From assembly GCA_950097015.1 (NCBI GenBank), contig CATNEN010000007.1:7254001-7318000 (forward strand): a DNA stretch of 64,000 nucleotides, in the 5' to 3' direction. The notes under the pieces were generated by a model that saw only the letters and a program-made list of their open reading frames with translations, made no database searches and was not told where the DNA came from. The translations under genes were made by a program, and so were the position numbers. This document shows, one piece after another, positions 39,301 to 51,061 of this stretch (position 1 is the stretch's first letter; each line of letters starts with the position of its first letter). The DNA comes from Macrostomum hystrix. Taxonomy: Eukaryota; Animalia; Platyhelminthes.

Positions 39301-42300
39301 AGCACTGTGGGGTCAGAGAGTGTGGGATGATTAGCACTGTGGGTTCAGAGAGTGTTTGGGATGGTTAGCACTGTGGGGTCAGAGAGTGTGGGATGGTTAG
39401 CACTGTGGGGTCAGAGAGTGTTTGGGATGGTTAGCACTGTGGGATCAGAGAGTGTTTGGGATGATTAGCACTGTGGGATCAGAGAGTTTGGGATGATTAG
39501 CACTGTGGGGTCAGAGAGTGTTTGGGATGATTAGCACTGTGGGGTCAGAGAGTGTTTGGGATGGCTATCACTGTGGGGTCAGAGAGTGTTTGGGATGGTT
39601 AGCACTGTGGGGTCAGAGAGTGTTTGGGATGGTTAGCACTGTGGGGTCAGAGAGTATTTGGGATGGTTAGCATTGTCGGATAAGAGAGTGTTTGGGATGG
39701 CTATCACTGTGGGGTCAGAGAGTGTTTGGGATGATTAGCACTGTGGGATCAGAGAGTTTGGGATGGTTAGCATTGTGGGATCAGAGAGTGTTTGGGATGA
39801 TTAGCACTGTGGGATCAGAGAGTGTTTGGGATGGCTATCACTGTGGGATCAGAGAGTGTTTGGGATGGTTAGCACTGTGGGGTCAGAGAGTGTGGGATGG
39901 TTAGCACTGTGGGGTCAGAGAGTGTTTGGGATGATTAGCACTGTGGGGTCAGAGAGTGTGGGATGATTAGCACTGTGGGTTCAGAGAGTGTTTGGGATGG
40001 TTAGCACTGTGGGGTCAGAGAGTGTGGGATGGTTAGCACTGTGGGGTCAGAGAGTGTTTGGGATGGTTAGCACTGTGGGATCAGAGAGTGTTTGGGATGA
40101 TTAGCACTGTGGGATCAGAGAGTTTGGGATGATTAGCACTGTGGGGTCAGAGAGTGTTTGGGATGATTAGCACTGTGGGGTCAGAGAGTGTTTGGGATGG
40201 CTATCACTGTGGGGTCAGAGAGTGTTTGGGATGGTTAGCATTGTGGGGTCAGAGAGTGTTTGGGATGGTTAGCACTGTGGGGTCAGAGAGTGTTTGGGAT
40301 GGTTAGCACTGTGGGGTCAGAGAGTATTTGGGATGGTTAGCATTGTCGGATAAGAGAGTGTTTGGGATGGCTATCACTGTGGGGTCAGAGAGTGTTTGGG
40401 ATGATTAGCACTGTGGGATCAGAGAGTTTGGGATGGTTAGCATTGTGGGATCAGAGAGTGTTTGGGATGATTAGCACTGTGGGATCAGAGAGTGTTTGGG
40501 ATGGCTATCACTGTGGGATCAGAGAGTGTTTGGGATGGTTAGCACTGTGGGGTCAGAGAGTGTTTGGGATGATTAGCACTGTGGGGTCAGAGAGTGTTTG
40601 GGATGGCTATCACTGTGGGGTCAGAGAGTGTTTGGGATGGTTAGCACTGTGGGGTCAGAGAGTGTTTGGGATGGTTAGCACTGTGGGGTCAGAGAGTGTT
40701 TGGGATGGTTAGCACTGTGGGGTCAGAGAGTGTTTGGGATGATTAGCACTGTGGGATCAGAGAGTTTGGGATGGTTAGCATTGTGGGATCAGAGAGTGTT
40801 TGGGATGATTAGCACTGTGGGGTCAGAGAGTGTTTGGGATGGTTAGCATTGTGGGGTCAGAGAGTGTGGGATGGCTATCACTGTGGGATCAGAGAGTGTT
40901 TGGGATGGTTAGCATTGTGGGATCAGAGAGTGTTTGGGATGGTTAGCACTGTGGGGTCAGAGAGTGTTTGGGATGGTTAGCACTGTGGGGTCAGAGAGTG
41001 TTTGGGATGGTTAGCATTGTGGGATCAGAGAGTGTGGGATGGTTAGCATTGTGGGATCAGAGAGTGTTTGGGATGATTAGCACTGTGGGGTCAGAGAGTG
41101 TTTGGGATGATTAGCACTGTGGGATCAGAGAGTGTTTGGGATGGTTAGCATTGTGGGATCAGAGAGTGTTTGGGATGGTTAGCATTGTGGGGTCAGAGAG
41201 TGTTTGGGATGGTTAGCACTGTGGGATCAGAGAGTGTGGGATGGTTAGCATTGTGGGATCAGAGAGTGTTTGGGATGATTAGCACTGTGGGGTCAGAGAG
41301 TGTTTGGGATGATTAGCACTGTGGGGTCAGAGAGAGTTTGGGATGGTTAGCACTGTGGGATCAGAGAGTGTTTGGGATGGTTAGCATTGTGGGGTCAGAG
41401 AGTGTTTGGGATGGTTAGCATTGTGGGATCAGAGAGTGTTTGCGATGGTTAGCACTGTGGGGTCAGAGAGTGTTTGGGATGGTTAGCACTGTGGGGTCAG
41501 AGAGTGTTTGGGATGATTAGCACTGTGGGGTCAGAGAGTGTTTGGGATGGCTATCACTGTGGGGTCAGAGAGTGTTTGGGATGGTTAGCACTGTGGGGTC
41601 AGAGAGTGTTTGGGATGGTTAGCACTGTGGGGTCAGAGAGTGTTTGGGATGGTTAGCACTGTGGGGTCAGAGAGTGTTTGGGATGATTAGCACTGTGGGA
41701 TCAGAGAGAGTTTGGGATGGTTATCACTGTGGGGTCAGAGAGTGTTTGGGATGGTTAGCATTGTGGGGTCAGAGAGTGTTTGGGATGATTAGCACTGTGG
41801 GATCAGAGAGTTTGGGATGATTAGCACTGTGGGGTCAGAGAGTGTTTGGGATGGTTAGCATTGTGGGATCAGAGAGTGTTTGGGATGGTTAGCACTGTGG
41901 GATCAGAGAGTGTTTGGGATGATTAGCACTGTGGGATCAGAGAGTTTGGGATGGTTAGCACTGTTGGATCAGAGAGTGTTTGGGATGGTTAGCATTGTGG
42001 GATCAGAGAGTGTTTGGGATGGCTATCACTGTGGGATCAGAGAGTGTTTGGGATGGCTATCACTGTGGGATCAGAGAGTGTTTGGGATGGTTAGCACTGT
42101 GGGATCAGAGAGTGTTTGGGATGGTTAGCACTGTGGGATCAGAGAGTGTTTGGGATGGCTATCACTGTGGGATCAGAGAGTGTTTGGGATGGTTAGCATT
42201 GTGGGATCAGAGAGTGTTTGGGATGATTAGCACTGTGGGATCAGAGAGTGTTTGGGATGGCTATCACTGTGGGGTCAGAGAGTGTGGGATGGTTAGCACT

Positions 42301-45300
42301 GTGGGGTCAGAGAGTGTTTGGGATGATTAGCTCTGTGGGATCAGAGAGTGTTTGGGATGGTTAGCACTGTGGGATCAGAGAGTGTTTGGGATGGTTAGCA
42401 TTGTGGGATCAGAGAGTGTTTGGGATGATTAGCACTGTGGGATCAGAGAGTGTGGGATGGCTAGCACTGTGGGGTCAGAGAGTGTGGGATGGTTAGCACT
42501 GTGGGATCAGAGAGTGTTTGGGATGGTTAGCACTGTGGGATCAGAGAGTGTTTGGGATGGTTAGCATTGTGGGATCAGAGAGTGTTTGGGATGGTTAGCA
42601 CTGTGGGGTCAGAGAGTGTTTGGGATGGTTAGCACTGTGGGGTCAGAGAGTGTTTGGGATGGTTAGCACTGTGGGGTCAGAGAGTGTGGGATGGTTAGCA
42701 CTGTGGGGTCAGAGAGTGTTTGGGATGGTTAGCACTGTGGGATCAGAGAGTGTTTGGGATGGTTAGCATTGTGGGATCAGAGAGTGTTTGGGATGATTAG
42801 CACTGTGGGATCAGAGAGTGTGGGATGGCTAGCACTGTGGGGTCAGAGAGTGTGGGATGGTTAGCACTGTGGGATCAGAGAGTGTTTGGGATGGTTAGCA
42901 CTGTGGGATCAGAGAGTGTTTGGGATGGTTAGCATTGTGGGATCAGAGAGTGTTTGGGATGGTTAGCACTGTGTGGTCAGAGAGTGTTTGGGATGGTTAG
43001 CACTGTGGGGTCGGAGAGTGTTTGGGATGGTTAGCACTGTGGGGTCAGAGAGTGTGGGATGGTTAGCACTGTGGGGTCAGAGAGTGTTTGGGATGGTTAG
43101 CACTGTGGGATCAGAGAGTGTTTGGGATGATTAGCACTGTGGGGTGAGAGAGTGTTTGGGATGGTTAGCACTGTGGGATCAGAGAGTGTTTGGGATGGTT
43201 AGCATTGTGGGATCAGAGAGTGATTGGGATGGTTAGCACTGTGGGATCAGAGAGTGTTTGGGATGGTTAGCACTGTGGGATCAGAGAGTGTTTGGGATGG
43301 TTAGCACTGTGGGATCAGAGAGTGTTTGGGATGGTTAGCATTGTGGGATCAGAGAGTGATTGGGATGGTTAGCACTGTGGGATCAGAGAGTGTTTGGGAT
43401 GGTTAGCATTGTGGGATCAGAGAGTGATTGGGATGGTTAGCACTGTGGGATCAGAGAGTTTGGGATGATGGGGACTGTGGGATCAGAGAGTGATTGGGAT
43501 GGTTAGCACTGTGGGATCAGAGAGTGTGTGGGATGTAAAATGATTTTAATTCCTACGCAAATATATTAAGCTTCTGTTCTGTATTGAGTTCTGAGCCTCT
43601 TTATCCTGCTCAGTATTTTTTGCTGTCATACGCCTGATATGAAGCCACCGGCCTCCCAGTACCAGCTCCCTCCTTTGTTAGGAAGCTTGCCACTGCTCAG
43701 TCTACTATTTTGAGCAATCACTGCTCAAAAGGAAATGATGCAGGAAGTTGTCCATAGGCTCAGAGCACAGGCTGAGAGCAAGCTGAGCTGGCAGAGCTCC
43801 TTGGGGCTGCCATCTCCAGCAATGTCCGCGACTTTACCATCTACTCGTGAAATTCCCTTATGGCTGCTCTGCCTGGTAGTGATGACTGCGCTGCAGTTAC
43901 TTTTGTGATTTCTAAAGCAATGCCCGCTTGCCACTGAATGTGGAGTGCAGCTCAGGGCCTGAGACAGGGACTGGGATTTGAGGCTTAGACATGAAACTGG
44001 GATATGAGACTCGGATATGAGACTCGGATATGAGTCTGGGATAGGAGTCTGGGATAGGAGTCTGGGTGGGATATGAGACTGGGTGGGATATGAGACTGGG
44101 TGGGATATGAGACTGGGGTATGAGACTCGGATATGAGTCTGGGATATGAGTCTGGGTGGGATATGAGTCTGGGTGGGATATGAGACTGGGGTATGAGACT
44201 CGGATATGAGTCTGGGATATGAGTCTGGGTGGGATATGAGACTGGGTGGGATATGAGTCTGGGTGGGATATGAGTCTGGGTGGGATATGAGACTGGGTGG
44301 GATATGAGACTGGGTGGGATATGAGTCTGGGTGGGATATGAGTCTGGGTGGGATATGAGACTGGGTGGGATATGAGACTGGGTGGGATATGAGTCTGGGT
44401 GGGATATGAGACTGGGTGGGATATGAGTCTGGGTGGGATATGAGTCTGGGTGGGATATGAGACTGGGTGGGATATGAGTCTGGGTGGGATATGAGTCTGG
44501 GTGGGATATGAGACTGGGTGGGATATGAGTCTGGGTGGGATATGAGACTGGGTGGGATATGAGTCTGGGTGGGATATGAGACTCGGATATGAGTCTGGGA
44601 TATGAGTCTGGGTGGGATATGAGACTGGGGTATGAGACTCGGATATGAGTCTGGGATATGAGTCTGGGTGGGATATGAGACTGGGTGGGATATGAGTCTG
44701 GGTGGGATATGAGTCTGGGTGGGATATGAGACTGGGTGGGATATGAGTCTGGGTGGGATATGAGACTCGGATATGAGTCTGGGATATGAGTCTGGGTGGG
44801 ATATGAGACTGGGAGATGAGACTGGGATATGAGACTGGGATATGAGTCTGGGTGGGATATGAGACTGGGATATGAGACTGGGTGGGATATGAGTCTGGGT
44901 GGGATATGAGACTGGGTGGGATATGAGACTGGTTGGGATATGAGTCTGGGTGGGATATGAGACTCGGATATGAGTCTGGGATATGAGTCTGGGTGGGATA
45001 TGAGACTCGGATATGAGACTCGGATATGAGTCTGGGATAGGAGTCTGGGTGGGATATGAGACTGGGATATGAGACTCGGATATGAGTCTGGGATAGGAGT
45101 CTGGGATATGAGACTGGGATATGAGACTGGGATATGAGTCTGGGTGGGATATGAGACTGGGATATGAGACTCGGATATGAGTCTGGGATATGAGTCTGGG
45201 TGGGATATGAGACTGGGTGGGATATGAGTCTGGGTGGGATATGAGACTCGGATATGAGTCTGGGATATGAGTCTGGGTGGGATATGAGACTGGGATATGA

Positions 45301-46662
45301 GACTGGGATATGAGACTGGGATATGAGTCTGGGTGGGATATGAGACTGGGATATGAGACTGGGTGGGATATGAGACTCGGATATGAGTCTGGGATATGAG
45401 TCTGGGTGGGATATGAGACTGGGATGTGAGACTGGGATATGAGACTGGGATATGAGTCTGGGTGGGATATGAGACTGGGATATGAGACTGGGTGGGATAT
45501 GAGACTGGGTGGGATATGAGACTGGGTGGGATATGAGACTGGGTGGGATATGAGTCTGGGTGGGATATGAGACTCGGATATGAGTCTGGGATAGGAGTCT
45601 GGGATATGAGACTGGGATATGAGACTGGGATATGAGTCTGGGTGGGATATGAGACTGGGATATGAGACTCGGATATGAATCTGGGATATGAGTCTGGGTG
45701 GGATATGAGACTGGGTGGGATATGAGTCTGGGTGGGATATGAGACTCGGATATGAGTCTGGGATATGAGTCTGGGTGGGATATGAGACTGGGATATGAGA
45801 CTCGGATATGAGACTGGGATATGAGACTGGGATATGAGACTGGGATATGAGACTGGGATATGAGACTGGGATATGAGACTGAGATATGAGACTGGGATAT
45901 GAGACTGAGACTGGAACTGGGATATGAGACTGAGATATGAGACTGGGATATGAGACTGGGATATGAGACTGAGACTGGAACTGGGATATGAGACTGAGAT
46001 ATGAGACTGGGATTTGAGACTGGGATATGAGACTGGGATATGAGACTGAGATATGAGACTGGGATATGAGACTGGGATATGAGACTGGGATATGAGACTG
46101 GGATATGAGACTGGGATATGAGACTGGGATATGAGACTGGGATATGAGACTGAGATATGAGACTGGGATATGAGACTGAGACTGGAACTGGGATATGAGA
46201 CTGAGATATGAGACTGGGATATGAGACTGGGATATGAGACTGAGACTGGAACTGGGATATGAGACTGAGATATGAGACTGGGATTTGAGACTGGGATATG
46301 AGACTGGGATATGAGACTGAGATATGAGACTGGGATATGAGACTGGGATATGAGACTGGGATATGAGACTGGGATATGAGACTGGGATATGAGACTGGGA
46401 TATGAGACTGGGATTATGAGACTGGGATATGAGACTGGGATATGAGACTGGGATATGAGACCGGTGGTACCGGTGTGAGCAGGCACACTGGCTCACCAAC
46501 AGTGGTGAGCAGCATGTTGTCCAGGAACAGCGCAATGAACACGATGAGCAGGATGAGTTTCCTGGAGTTGCGCATGCCGGTCATGTTGTCGAATGCATTC
46601 TGGGCCCGCTCCAGGCAGCCCAGCTTTGTCTCCTTGCCGTCCTGGAAATCGCTGTAGCCCAT
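27305..46662 (-). CDS. VMAT: Vesicular monoamine transporter (SLC18A1/2-type MFS transporter), ~603 aa with one of the two alternative TM5 exons
   Basis: Exons 5'->3': 46662-46497, 32658-32146, 31938-31855, [31397-31305 or 30766-30674], 29513-29424, 29121-28845, 28515-28464, 28352-28169, 27745-27612, 27523-27305. All are phase-compatible. Motifs: [114 protein letters not shown]. These are VMAT rather than VAChT signatures. Confidence 0.95.
27895..28050. repeat. Degenerate 18-nt repeat CGCAACCACCTCACTCCC (inverted member of the GGAGTGAGGT family)
   Basis: Lies in VMAT intron 27746-28168. Confidence 0.85.
28585..28795. repeat. 18-nt repeat GGAGTGAGGTGGTTGCAT
   Basis: About 11 copies in VMAT intron 28516-28844. 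Confidence 0.95.
29203..29365. repeat. 18-nt repeat GAGCGGAGTG(A/G)GGTTGTC
   Basis: Lies in VMAT intron 29122-29423. Confidence 0.9.
29870..30670. repeat. TGTC-based minisatellite (TGTCTGTC(C/A)TGAGTGTC, 13-17-nt units)
   Basis: Begins immediately at the donor of VMAT exon A; similar to the array at 5127-5475. Confidence 0.95.
30674..30766 (-). CDS. VMAT: VMAT alternative exon A ([31 protein letters not shown])
   Basis: 93 nt, phase 1-1, acceptor ttttcaattcAG|GC and donor G|GTGAGA. Confidence 0.9.
31305..31397 (-). CDS. VMAT: VMAT alternative exon B ([31 protein letters not shown])
   Basis: 93 nt, phase 1-1, acceptor ccgAAG|GC and donor G|GTGCTG. Paralogous to exon 30674-30766. Absent from the ORF track. 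Confidence 0.8.
31404..31545. repeat. 18-nt repeat GAGCGGAGTGAGGTTGGC
   Basis: Abuts the acceptor of VMAT exon B. Confidence 0.9.
32646..43535. repeat. ~10.9-kb satellite, 32/34-nt unit GGGATGGTTAGCACTGTGGGATCAGAGAGTGTTT (about 320-330 copies), overlapping the acceptor of VMAT coding exon 2
   Basis: Read directly. It contains 2190-nt and ~670-nt higher-order duplications. Confidence 0.98.
43990..46460. repeat. ~2.5-kb satellite of 13/17-nt units GGGATATGAG(A/T)CT(GGGT)
   Basis: Lies in the first coding-region intron of VMAT. Source of the 936- and 833-aa pseudo-ORFs. Confidence 0.97.
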
Positions 46663-47904
46663 GCTCTCTGCGCGGGGCGGCACTGGCGAGCGGAGGTGGG
46701 GTGGCTGCAGCCTTTGTTTCTAAGAAAAGTGTTCACTTTTTGAGTCCTAACTTATTTTTTCTATAAGCTTTTTATGAGAAGACACAAAGAGTTTTGAAGA
46801 CTCTACGAGAACTAACATGGTGGTCTTTCGTCTTGGCGATGCATTTTTCACAGCATTTTCACTGAAAATAAAAGTTCATCTATTTCATTATTTCGATACA
46901 TATCGGCTATTTGCTCGACCGGCAGCCATATGTTAAGAATGGGCTTTGGAATCCTCTCGAGATTCCATATTACTTGCAGCCATTGATTAACAATGGGTCC
47001 TATTCTCTCCATCTCATTCTCTCTATATGTTGATATGAATCTCTATCTCCCTATTTTCAAAACTCTTTGGTCCAAGCCTCTCCATCTCTCCCTACCTATT
47101 GTAGTGTCTGAGTCACGGACCCAGCAGCGGTGCCCGACATCCGCTGTACAAGACCAGCTCGGCTTTCGTTAAATACACACACACACACTCACACACACAC
47201 ACACACACTTCTCACGCAACATTCTCAGCGACCGGTGCCGCATCCGGCCCGGCCGGAGGACCAAATCCGGCATCCGTCATTGCCAAGTCATGCGACGCCG
47301 CACTGTGGCGCTGGGCCAAGAAGAAAACATTATTTTTTTTTAAATCGCGTCTCACAAAGGCGGGGGGAGAGGCCGATGTCTTCAAATTTCAAAGCAGAAT
47401 GAAAGAAACACTCGCAGTCTCCAGGCGGACAGTCATGCGCGGCTTCCTGAGGTCTCGGCCGAGTTTGCCCGGAAGCCACAGAGCCCCGTTCGATATTTTT
47501 GCTTGCCCCTGGATTTTTCAACGCTTCAGAAATCAGAAAATAAAATCGAGTCAAATCAGCTTCTCAGGGGGTGGGGGGTTGTTAGCCAACTTTGGCCCGC
47601 GGCGCCAGTCTGCTGAAATCTAGCTGGGATCAGGGACTCGAGTCTTGGGAGAATGAAGCTGAAGTGGTTCAGCAATAACCCGCCATCAGATGTCAGGGCC
47701 ACGCTGGGCTGTCTGCAGTTCTGTCAGTTCCAGGCTTTTCCTCCTTCACTTCCCTATTTGGAATAGGGGAATTTCAGACGCGGACCGGACCCGACGCCGT
47801 CGATGCATCGCAGCAATGCCTATGCACAGCCAAGTTTCGGGTTGTCAAATTTGGCACCGAGTGTAATTGCCAGCGTCAACTGTGAAGTCAAAGTCAAGGG
47901 AGAG

Positions 47905-47980
47905 TTAAGCGGCAGAGCGGTCTAACGCGTTTGCCTCTCGCACCGAGGTCCCTGAGTTCGATTCCGCGGCGAGGCCACAT
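47905..47980 (+). mobile_element. tRNA-derived SINE head or tRNA pseudogene fragment
   Basis: A-box-like CGGCAGAGCGG(TCTAACGCG) at 47910-47920 and B-box GAGTTCGATTCC at 47954-47965, with tRNA-like spacing. The acceptor stem does not pair. Confidence 0.5.
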
Positions 47981-48299
47981 TCATTTGGGGCGCAGCCGCG
48001 AGTCAGAGCAGAAATTCAGGGCAGATGTACACACCTGTGTGAGCGTGTGCCTGTGTACAGTATCTGTGTGCGTGTGTGCTCAGGAGTCAGCGAATGGCCA
48101 GAATTGCCTCCTCGCAGGCCAAATATAACAGATATTATTATTATCAATCTAGTGTCAAGTGTAATCCAAAGAAGGTTGCCAAACAGTTGTACGCAAACTT
48201 TGGAAGCGGCTCTGCCACTGGCTGTTCACCATCTGGCCCAGCTGTACTGGGTGTCATTGCTATACATCTTTTATCTGTCAAGACTGTGATGAAGCGGGA

Positions 48300-48510
48300 C
48301 CGGAGGGAAATTTAGTAAAAATAGCTAGTACCTAGCCCTGTTGTACAGCAGTTCAGTCCATGGACTGGGCCGCCACAGCCACTAAAATACCTTCCCCCAA
48401 CTAATGCTAGAACGAACTTTTCAGCTGGGTATCCTGAAGCATTAGAGAATTAATTGTATCTTGTAGATCTTGAGATTCGAACCCACGTCCCTTTGTAGAC
48501 AAGGTAGTGA
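48300..48510 (-). mobile_element. Degenerate SINE remnant
   Basis: The minus strand has a B-box-like GTGGGTTCGAATC (~48475-48487) followed by a CCCAGCTG-containing segment reminiscent of conserved invertebrate SINE central domains. Confidence 0.3.
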
Positions 48511-49744
48511 TTTTAAGTTAAAATGTTTCCCCCATTTTTGTGATCCTAACAAAGCACAGAACCAATTACAAACCAACACTCAGGTGAGCACAAACCAGTG
48601 AACAGGGCAGAAGAAGTTTACCTTATGATTGCCTGAACTGCCTTTTGTTCAAAGAAAATGTCCGGAATGTTTTTGCAATGCAGTTAACAGATTCGTCCTC
48701 GGTATTAAAGACCAAAAATATTCAGCAGCAGCAGCAGCAGCTGAAGCGCTTATCTTCTCGTTAATAGCTGGCTGAAGAAACTGTGGGAGTGGGGGCTGTG
48801 GTGAGGCCGGACCAATCCGCGGACACTTAATCCCAGCGGCGGCGCGGGAATGAAGGGATTAGGGAAGCAATTTTCTTGGAAGCGACAGCAGAAGCAGCAG
48901 CAGCTCCATGGGCGTTGAGCTTCTTCTCTGTGGAGACGTTGAGAAATCAACGGAGCCGCTAGCCGAGACAAAGAGAGTGATAATTGGCGCCCAAGAAATT
49001 GAAGGCTCAGGGCGGCTTTGAGTTTGGTTCTATTTTTACAGCATCGGGTCCTGCATGGCTGGCAGGCTGCCGACAGTTGCATATAGATTGGCTCAAAGTA
49101 GTTTAGCTTGTTGCGGTTCGGCTGAATCGAATTCAGCTTGGCCGGATAATTGAAAGGTGACAAAGTTGTTGACCCGAATAATGGAAATAATGCTAGTCCT
49201 CATGGATGAGTGGAAATATTGTTACAATGCCATGCAACATCTGCAATGTCGCGCCTGCATTTTATCCATGCGACACCGGTTGTAGCCAAGCAACAGAATC
49301 TTCATTGAAGCAATTTATATGATCGAAACAGCCCGCAAGGCTCAGTCAATCTATATTTCTGTCGTATCGAACGCAACTTCAAGGACAATAAGCTAGGCGG
49401 TCCATTGGGGGAACTCAGTACAGGTGTGGAACTACAGCCGGGCCCAGGAAAAAAACTTAATAAAAGCGGCGGCTTGAACTGCATGTGCTTGTTAAATATA
49501 TGCTTTATTACAATATCACTTATAAATTCTACTTGTCATCTGCGGGGCGGCCGGTTGCTGAGGGAGTCTGGCTGCCTGTCAAAAGCCTTCGTAACTGAAT
49601 GGCATTTTACTGAGTGTACATCAACTATTCGTTATTATTTGAGAGAAAACCACAGCACTCCACAGACAATGCAGGTTAAGGACTAAATGAAAAGTACAGC
49701 TTTACAGGCAATTGTGAATTGGGATTTCAAAGCTTCTCGACGGC

Positions 49745-50566
49745 CTAATTCTCATACAGCAGCTTCTTCTCCCAGTCGGAGCGCCGCTGGTCAGTGCCGG
49801 CCGCGAGCCGCTTCTGCCGACTGCCGGCAATCAGCTGGCGCAACGCCTGCCGGTAGCGGTCCGGGATGTGCGCTTGGTTGCACTGTACAAGCAGCAGAGA
49901 ATCCGGCGACTCCGTCGCCGCGATGGTAGCGGCGGTCGCGATGCCATCGTCCATAGCCGCTTGGAGATCGTCGCCCGCTGACGGATGCAACGTCCGCAGC
50001 ATGTCGCTTAGGCGTTGCATCATTTGCTCCACCACGGCCTTGCTGTTTGCGGAGTCAGCCGGGGTTCCTTGTTGGCTGAGTAGGACCTTCTGTTTCACCG
50101 CCTGCCGGCGGCACTGCTTCACGCCATTCGTCTTCTTTGACGCCGCCGCTGCTGTCGCTCCCGCAACGGCGACCGATGGAATCGCCAGCAGGGTGTGCGC
50201 TGTTTTCGATGTCGCCGTGTCGCCGACATCCACGACTGAAGCGGGCATCGCCTCCTGCTGAATCCGCTGCCAGTTCGGATTACTTTTCGCTGACTGTGTC
50301 GACGATGGCACCGCTGGAGGCTTGGATTGTTCGAATTTTCTGCGCCGAACATTGCTCTGCGACGCCAGCTCGACTGTCGACGTCTCGTAGGTGCTCAAAT
50401 CTTCGCTCGGCTGGTCGGCCGACGATGACGCCGATGAGATGGCGATGGCCACTTCCAGAACGGCATCGAATTCCTCCGGCGGGCAGCTGGAGTGGCGCAG
50501 CAGCTGCCTGCGCTTCACGAACAGCCCCTTCCTTCGTAGCAGGCCCGACTGCTTGCGGTTCCGCAT
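49745..50566 (-). CDS. Intronless hypothetical protein, 273 aa, Ala/Ser/Gln-rich, no recognisable domain
   Basis: Non-repetitive 822-nt ATG-to-TAG ORF in a GC-rich island within AT-rich flanks. An acceptor-like ctcgtAG lies at ~50610 just upstream and AATAAA at 49504-49509 downstream. Confidence 0.6.
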   Translation of the reverse strand: MRNRKQSGLLRRKGLFVKRRQLLRHSSCPPEEFDAVLEVAIAISSASSSADQPSEDLSTYETSTVELASQSNVRRRKFEQSKPPAVPSSTQSAKSNPNWQRIQQEAMPASVVDVGDTATSKTAHTLLAIPSVAVAGATAAAASKKTNGVKQCRRQAVKQKVLLSQQGTPADSANSKAVVEQMMQRLSDMLRTLHPSAGDDLQAAMDDGIATAATIAATESPDSLLLVQCNQAHIPDRYRQALRQLIAGSRQKRLAAGTDQRRSDWEKKLLYEN

Positions 50567-51061
50567 GGCGTAGTATAACGCTGTTTGGCCAGCTGGGCTG
50601 CTTGCACATCTACGAGCTAATTATAATTTAAGAAACCCAGCAGTCTTGTTTGTCACTTCTCTGTAGCGGTTTTGTCTATGGTTGAAGTTCTGCGATGCCG
50701 GCGAACGCTTGCTGTGATGAAAATTCTACTTATCATTCGATTAAAATGCAGCATTTCAAATTCAATATGTGAATTTCTGTCTTTGAATATAGGATTCAAT
50801 ACTTGGTTTAACCCTACTTGGTTTTAGAAATAAAAACCAAGTTATTGAGTAGTATTGTAAAACGATTTTCAATTCATACAGTAATTAATAAACGCTGTTT
50901 AATTCACATTCTGTGTAATTCACATTGTACCATGACTACGTGGCTATCGGGCGGGCTGATATTCGATTATTGCCATAGACGATGTCATTTTGGCCCGAAA
51001 AGTTGGGCCGATAATGGATTATTTTTGTGTATTTTAACGTATAGCCACATACTATAAGCCA

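Noticed and set aside
32646-43535. CRISPR-like appearance and the many WDQRVFG ORFs
   Set aside because: Units are head-to-tail with no unique spacers, there are no cas genes, and the context is eukaryotic. The ORFs are repeat frames.
32659-43535. Recursive splicing through the 34-mer array
   Set aside because: Units read CAG|TG, not AG|GT, so splicing to a copy does not regenerate a canonical donor.
43725-46535. 936-aa and 833-aa ORFs
   Set aside because: They are translations of the 13/17-nt satellite. The same peptide appears in different frames, and the region lies inside a VMAT intron.
27305-46662. Calling the transporter VAChT
   Set aside because: [23 protein letters not shown] and LEPSLPIWM are VMAT-type motifs, and the VAChT-type arrangement with ChAT is absent.
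47905-47980. Functional tRNA gene
   Set aside because: The acceptor stem cannot form, there is no clear anticodon arm and no poly-T terminator.
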